In this document: one piece after another, positions 58,994 to 64,000 of the stretch | How the letters are laid out: every line of letters starts with the position of its first letter | How positions within the stretch are numbered: the stretch's first letter is position 1 | Source of the DNA: an uncultured delta proteobacterium | Lineage (GTDB): Bacteria; Desulfobacterota; Binatia; DP-6 | Assembly: GCA_963815115.1 (NCBI GenBank) | Contig: CAWFFN010000009.1 | Location: forward strand, 96,001-160,000 | Reading direction: 5' to 3' | Length of the DNA: 64,000 nt | Notes under the pieces: generated by a model | The model's input: the letters and a program-made list of their open reading frames with translations, nothing else | The model's database searches: none | What the model was told of the DNA's origin: nothing | Program-made: the position numbers and the translations under genes

Positions 58994-59385
58994 TCGCCGT
59001 CGACACGAGCTCCTGGATCGCCTTCCTCGGAGGTGCGACCGGCGACGATGCCGACCTCGTGGCCCAGGCGCTGGCGGACCGCCAGGTGTGTCTCCCTCCC
59101 GTCGTGCTGACGGAGCTCCTGAGCGACCCGAGGCTCCCGGAGCGCGTGGCGGACATGCTGGCACAGCTGCCGCGGCTCGAGGTGCTCGAGGGGTACTGGG
59201 AGCGAGCGGGCTCCCTGCGAGCCAAGGTCCTCGGCTCGAGGCGTCGAGCACGGCTGGCCGACACCCTGATCGCGCAGAGCTGCCTCGATCACGACGTGGC
59301 TCTCGTGACACGAGACGACGACTTCTGGCACTTCACGCGGGCCGGAGGGTTGCGACTGTTCGGGGCCCGGCGCCGCGCCTCTTGA
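58990..59385 (+). CDS. vapC: VapC PIN toxin
   Basis: IAVDTSSWI, VLTELL, LADTLIAQSC, LVTRDDDF. Confidence 0.92.
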   Translation: MIAVDTSSWIAFLGGATGDDADLVAQALADRQVCLPPVVLTELLSDPRLPERVADMLAQLPRLEVLEGYWERAGSLRAKVLGSRRRARLADTLIAQSCLDHDVALVTRDDDFWHFTRAGGLRLFGARRRAS

Positions 59386-59400
59386 TCTGCCAAACCTTCC

Positions 59401-61539
59401 TCACCGGCAGACGTTCGATTCCATCGACCGCAGGCGCGCCGCCAGCGCGTCGCCTCCGGCCGTGTTCGAGCGCCCGCGCGAGGAGCGCAGAAGCTGGCAC
59501 GCGTCGTCGCGGCGGCCGTCGCTGGCGAGCAGCGTGACCTGCTCGATCCGGGCTTCGTACCAGGCGGTGCCACCGGGTGCGCTGCCCTCGACGACGCGCC
59601 GCCAGTAGCCGAGTGCTCCCGCCGTGTCGCCCGCCGCAGAGGCGGCCCGGGCGGCGCCGCGCAGCGCCTCGGCGGAGGCGTCGTTCCTTGCCAGCACCTG
59701 GTCGTATTGCTTGCGAGCGCCCGCGGGATTGCCCGCGGCCAGCATCAGATCGGCGAGCTGGATGCTGTCGCGCTCGTCGCCTCCGTCGCGTACCAGGACG
59801 GCGTAGGTCTTTTGTGCCAGGGTGACCGCCTGCTGGCGAGCGGCGGGGTCGCCCTGCCGCGCGCGATCGGCGAGCTCGCGGCCGAGGCGCGCGAGCGTCT
59901 TCCGACGGTCCGGATCGGCCGGCGTGGCGAGGTAGGTGTCGAGATCGTGCCCCGCGTCGTCGAACTGCCCGAGCGCGACCCGGGCCTGGAGCCTGAGCTC
60001 GACCACACGCGGGAAGAGATCGCGCGCCGCCGGATACTTCTGCTCGAAGCCGGAGAGCAGCGCCACGGTCGTCTCCCGGTCCGGCGGCGTGGTGCTCGCC
60101 GCGACGAGCGCTCCCATGAGGGCCGCCCGGGCCGCCATCGGCGCATCGTCGCCCTTCGCCGGCGTTGCGGCGACGAAGGCGCGCAGATCCTTCGCCAGGG
60201 CGGTGCGGTCGTCGGCGGAGGTCTTGTCGGAAAGGGTGCCGGCGCGGCACTCGAGCACGCCGAAGCGGGCTCGTGACGCGTAGGCGCCCGGGGGCACCTT
60301 GGCGAGCTCCGTCGACGCCTTCGTGCAGTCGCCGCGGCTCCGGTAGAGGTCGCCCAGGAGGTACCGTGCCTCGGCCACGCCGTCCGCCTTGGGATAGCGC
60401 GTCAGGTAGGTGGTGAGCGCCTCTTCGAATGCACCGTCGGCGGCGCCGCCATGCGACGGCTCCGCCGCGCGCGCCACGTCGAGCGCGCGGAAGCGCAGAT
60501 AGGCGCTTTCCGGCGCGCGCGGCGAGTCGGGGAAGTCTCGTACGAGCTCGCCCAGCACAGGCGCCGCCTCCGCCTGCTTCTTGGCGTTCAGCAGACACCC
60601 GCCCGCGAGGAAGAGCAGCTCGGGCCGCCAGCGCGCACGGCCCGGGTCCTTCACCGTGGCACCGGCGGTCGCCAGCGCCGGCACGTCCGCGCAGCGACCG
60701 CGGTCGACGGCGAGCTGGCCGAGGAGGAAGAGGCCGTAGCTCGAGCGCACGCCCGCCGGCGTGCCGTCACCCAGCTTCTGCGTGATCACGCCCTGCACGC
60801 GCGCCGGCCAGTCGCCGCCCCGCGCAGCGAGCCCGCGGGCCAGCTCGGTGATCTCCTTGTCGGCGCCCGGCTTCTCGGCGGCGTTCGGCAGCCCGTCGGA
60901 CAGCTTTCCGAGCAGCATGGCGTCGGTGTCCTGCGGCGGGGGCTCGGGCTTGCCGCTCTCCCTGCGCTCGAGCTCGGCGAGCGCCACCTTCGCCTTGGCC
61001 GCGGTGCGCGATTTCGACGCGGCAGCCTTCAGGTCGTCACGGGCTTTCGCCCAGTTGCCGAGGTCCATGTAGGCGAGCCCGCGCCCGTAGAGGCTCTCGG
61101 CATAGACGTCGGGCGCCTCCTCCATCTCGGCGAACTGCGAGAAGCCGTCGACGGCCTTCGAGAGGAGCGACTTCTTCTGTGCCGCGTCGCTCACCAGCTG
61201 CGCCGCCTGGTAGCGCACCCAGGCGAGATGGTAGGCGACGATGTAGGACTGGACCTCGGGCTCGCGCCAGCGCGGGCTGCGGTAGAGCTCCTGGAGATCG
61301 CCGTCCGCGGTGATGACCTCGTCACGCAGGCGATCGAGCCGGGCGCGCAGCTGCTCCTTCTCGGCCGCGAGATCGCGCTCCAGATCGGGCCACACCGCGG
61401 TCGCGCGCTCGCGATCGCCGCGCTCCAGGAGATCGTAGAAGCTCCGGCTGCGCTGCTCGAGCGACGGCGCGTCCGCCGCCCTTGCCGGCAGCGCGAGCGT
61501 CGCAATCAGCAGGAGCGCGCCGGCCCGCCGGAAGATCAC
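59401..61539 (-). CDS. Secreted/periplasmic TPR protein
   Basis: Signal peptide ending PARA; multiple TPR helices (FPDSPRAPES, EARYLLGD). Confidence 0.82.
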   Translation of the reverse strand: MIFRRAGALLLIATLALPARAADAPSLEQRSRSFYDLLERGDRERATAVWPDLERDLAAEKEQLRARLDRLRDEVITADGDLQELYRSPRWREPEVQSYIVAYHLAWVRYQAAQLVSDAAQKKSLLSKAVDGFSQFAEMEEAPDVYAESLYGRGLAYMDLGNWAKARDDLKAAASKSRTAAKAKVALAELERRESGKPEPPPQDTDAMLLGKLSDGLPNAAEKPGADKEITELARGLAARGGDWPARVQGVITQKLGDGTPAGVRSSYGLFLLGQLAVDRGRCADVPALATAGATVKDPGRARWRPELLFLAGGCLLNAKKQAEAAPVLGELVRDFPDSPRAPESAYLRFRALDVARAAEPSHGGAADGAFEEALTTYLTRYPKADGVAEARYLLGDLYRSRGDCTKASTELAKVPPGAYASRARFGVLECRAGTLSDKTSADDRTALAKDLRAFVAATPAKGDDAPMAARAALMGALVAASTTPPDRETTVALLSGFEQKYPAARDLFPRVVELRLQARVALGQFDDAGHDLDTYLATPADPDRRKTLARLGRELADRARQGDPAARQQAVTLAQKTYAVLVRDGGDERDSIQLADLMLAAGNPAGARKQYDQVLARNDASAEALRGAARAASAAGDTAGALGYWRRVVEGSAPGGTAWYEARIEQVTLLASDGRRDDACQLLRSSRGRSNTAGGDALAARLRSMESNVCR

Positions 61540-61940
61540 TCCGAGGCCAGGGCGAAGCCGCTCGCACCCGCCTCCTTGGCGAGGCCGAGCACGCGTACCA
61601 CCTCGCCGAGGACCACCTGGCGGTCGCCGGCCAGGATCACGACCTTGTCGTTGGTCTTCGCGAGCGCGTCCTTCAGCACGCTGGCGAGCGCGCCGTCGTC
61701 GCCGGCGACCGGCCGGTCGTTCACGTAGACCTCGTGCGACGGCGTCATGGTCACCATGATGCCCTTCTGCTCCTGCTCCTCGGCGCTCGACTTCGGCAGG
61801 TCGACGTTCTCGGGCTTCATCATGGCCGAGGTGGTGATCATGAAGATGATGAGGAGGACGAGGAAGACGTCGGTCAGCGGAGTGACGTTGATCTCCGCCA
61901 TGATGCCGCGCTTGCGCGACGTCGCGGTGCTAAGCGCCAT
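61536..61940 (-). CDS. exbD: ExbD/TolR-family protein
   Basis: EINVTPLTDVFLVLLIIFMIT, ILAGD. Confidence 0.92.
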   Translation of the reverse strand: MALSTATSRKRGIMAEINVTPLTDVFLVLLIIFMITTSAMMKPENVDLPKSSAEEQEQKGIMVTMTPSHEVYVNDRPVAGDDGALASVLKDALAKTNDKVVILAGDRQVVLGEVVRVLGLAKEAGASGFALASE

Positions 61941-62580
61941 GCACCCTCCGGCCGGCGGTCAGCGCTTCGAGCACCCGGCTGCTGCCGATGCGGAGCGCGG
62001 CGTCGATGCGCTCCACGCGCGACTGGAAGTAGTTGTAGAACACGACCGCGACGATGCCGACCGCGAGGCCGAGCGCGGTGGCGATGAGCGCCTCCGATAT
62101 GCCGCTGGCGACGACCGCGAAGCCGCCCGTGCCCGCCAGCGCGATGGCGTGGAAGGCGCGGATGATGCCGAGCACGGTGCCGAACAGCCCGATGAACGGC
62201 GCCGAGGAGCCGATGGTGCCGAGCACCCACAGGTTCGATCCGGCGCCCTGCACCTCCTCGAAGTTGCGCTCGGTGGCGACCCGCTCGAGCTCGGGCATGG
62301 GCAGGCCGCGCTCCTTCTCGATCAAGTCCGCGAAGACCCGTCGTGCGGGACAGGCGCGATGCTTGCGCACGACCTCGAGGGCGCCCTGCCAGTCGCCGTG
62401 CGCGAGCACCGGGACGACGTCGCGGGTGAGCCGGGCGGTCGACCGCACGATGCCGCGCAGGCTCCAGGCGCGCTCGAGGACGATGCCGAGCAGGATGACC
62501 GAGCATGCCAGCAGGGGATAGGTGGAGATCGCTCCCTGCCGGATGAGGGCCACGAGGTCGAGGGTGTTGGTGTTGTCCAT
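61930..62580 (-). CDS. exbB: MotA/TolQ/ExbB proton channel
   Basis: GTIGSSAPFIGLFGTVLGII, GISEALIATALGL. Confidence 0.93.
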   Translation of the reverse strand: MDNTNTLDLVALIRQGAISTYPLLACSVILLGIVLERAWSLRGIVRSTARLTRDVVPVLAHGDWQGALEVVRKHRACPARRVFADLIEKERGLPMPELERVATERNFEEVQGAGSNLWVLGTIGSSAPFIGLFGTVLGIIRAFHAIALAGTGGFAVVASGISEALIATALGLAVGIVAVVFYNYFQSRVERIDAALRIGSSRVLEALTAGRRVHGA

Positions 62581-62599
62581 GGTTGCTCCTTGCGAGTCC

Positions 62600-63865
62600 T
62601 TATCGGTTGCGGGCGACGCGCGAAACGTCCTTCTCCCACTGCGGGCCGAAGGCCTGCACCAGGAGGTACCGCACCATGGCCTGATCCTGCCCGAGGGCGA
62701 TCGCCTGACCGCCGCCCATCCGCGAGATGTCGGCGAAGCTGTCCTGGAGCTGCTTGTAGAAGTCCGGCAGCGGGGAGACCTCTTTCAGCTCGTCGCCGTA
62801 GAGCCAGCGGTGCAGCTTGCGCTCGTGCTCCTCGTGGAGGCGGAGGCTCACGTCGATCGTGCTCACCACCCCGCCCCGCGCGTGCCACTCGCTCACCAGG
62901 TTGCGGATCGCCGGGATGTCCTTCTCGTGCGGTGGGGAGCTCCCGACGAGGATGATCACCTTCTTCGCGTCATCGCGCCATTTCAGCTGATGTATCGCGG
63001 CGTCGAGACCGTCCTTGACCGCTTCCTCCCAGTCACCGCCGCCCTCGGCGACGATGCCGTCGAGGAAGTTCTTCACCTTGCCGCTGGTGAAGGTGAGATC
63101 GGTCCACTTGACGACGTAGGGCTCGCTCTGGCGCGGCGCCGTGGCGACGTTGTCGTCGTCGCGATCACGGTAGGCGACGGCACCGATGCGCGCCCCCGGC
63201 ACCAGGCGCTGCATGGTGAAGACGAGGTCGTCCAGCCGGCGCTTCAGGTCGTCGATGACGTTCTGCATGCTGCCGGTGGCGTCGACCACGATCGCCACGT
63301 CGAGGCCGACCTTGCGCAGGCTGCCGACGTACTTGCCGAAGGCGCTGTCGAGCGAGATGCCGAGGCTGGCCAGCCCGATGCCGTTGCCGCCGCCGCCGCC
63401 GGTCCCGAGGCCCCCGGCGCCGGCGCCCGCGGACGCGAAGCGCGCACCGAGGTCGGTACCGGCTCCGATCGGCCGCACGGGGCGGGCGAACTGCACGACG
63501 GGGCTGGTGGCAACCGCCTTCGGCTTCGCAGCCTGAGGCATCACGACCGCTTCCGGCGTACGCGCGACGAGGAGATCCTTCACCTCGTCATCGCGTTTCG
63601 GATCCTGCGGGCGCACCGGCTGCGGCAGGTCCGTCAACGAGAAGATCTGGCGGCGCTTCTGCTGGCCGAGCCCCGCGCCACCGCCCGAGCCCATGCCGAA
63701 GCCGGGCCCGACGCCGAGACCGAAGCCGCCGCCGATGCCCGCCACGTCGAAGATGATCAGGAGCAGCAGGAGGACGTGGAGGAGCACGGACGCACCCATC
63801 GCGAGGCCGAGACGACCTGGGCGGGAGCGTGCGGTGCCATCGAGGAGAAGATCCGGAGAGGACAT
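62600..63865 (-). CDS. Membrane-anchored TonB-like protein with C-terminal vWA domain
   Basis: TM helix with SVLLH, Gly/Pro-rich linker, VDATGSM, GGGDWEE, ILVGSSPPH. Confidence 0.8.
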   Translation of the reverse strand: MSSPDLLLDGTARSRPGRLGLAMGASVLLHVLLLLLIIFDVAGIGGGFGLGVGPGFGMGSGGGAGLGQQKRRQIFSLTDLPQPVRPQDPKRDDEVKDLLVARTPEAVVMPQAAKPKAVATSPVVQFARPVRPIGAGTDLGARFASAGAGAGGLGTGGGGGNGIGLASLGISLDSAFGKYVGSLRKVGLDVAIVVDATGSMQNVIDDLKRRLDDLVFTMQRLVPGARIGAVAYRDRDDDNVATAPRQSEPYVVKWTDLTFTSGKVKNFLDGIVAEGGGDWEEAVKDGLDAAIHQLKWRDDAKKVIILVGSSPPHEKDIPAIRNLVSEWHARGGVVSTIDVSLRLHEEHERKLHRWLYGDELKEVSPLPDFYKQLQDSFADISRMGGGQAIALGQDQAMVRYLLVQAFGPQWEKDVSRVARNR

Positions 63866-64000
63866 GAAACGGAAGGCGATCTAAGGACTTACGGGTGGGG
63901 TATCAACCTGTCAAGGCAACCGGGTGTCGCATGTGACTACCAGCGCAGCCGGGTGCGCAGGGCGCGCGCCTGCGTCCGGCTCACGGCCACCTCGCTGCTG

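Noticed and set aside
1-64000. Many long overlapping or antisense ORFs in the ORF track (e.g. 1911-4781+, 24132-26414-, 31879-35256+, 48500-51160-)
   Set aside because: Shadow ORFs typical of high-GC coding DNA: Arg/Ala/Pro-rich, no motifs, and they overlap well-supported genes.
1-64000. CRISPR arrays, tRNA, rRNA
   Set aside because: No regularly spaced short repeats or recognisable structural RNA signatures seen by eye.

Overview
High-GC bacterial DNA; the gene content (Cys-rich DUF4215-type secreted proteins, double CaiB CoA-transferase, GlcDEF) suggests Binatota/Myxococcota-like deltaproteobacteria, which is inference only. The main feature is at 1-11.3 kb: a tandem array of at least three closely related class III cyclase-STAND ATPase-TPR-C-terminal-domain genes. 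The first runs off the window edge and the third is split by an IS3 element. Each copy is delimited by a shared 34-bp upstream box and its own stop codon, and each has a different type II toxin-antitoxin pair directly upstream (DUF433/DUF5615, DUF6516/HVO_A0114-like, Phd/VapC). Divergence between copies concentrates in patches of the TPR region. The rest is mostly metabolic, transport and envelope genes: esterase, CPA1 antiporter, alkyl sulfatase, a large secreted amidohydrolase, a split glcD/E/F cluster, mgtE, RND pump, a RavA/VWA-CoA transferase-purU operon, ArsR-SRPBCC-GST, DD-carboxypeptidase-SPOR, ddl, DHH and DUF488. There are also four more TA pairs (7 in total), an orphan BglII-like methyltransferase between two VapBC pairs, and an ExbB/ExbD motor operon whose TonB-like subunit ends in a vWA domain. 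Many single-base frameshifts, including in ddl, point to long-read indel errors, so frameshift-based pseudogene calls are uncertain. No rRNA, tRNA or CRISPR array was seen. All family assignments come from motif recognition, not database searches.
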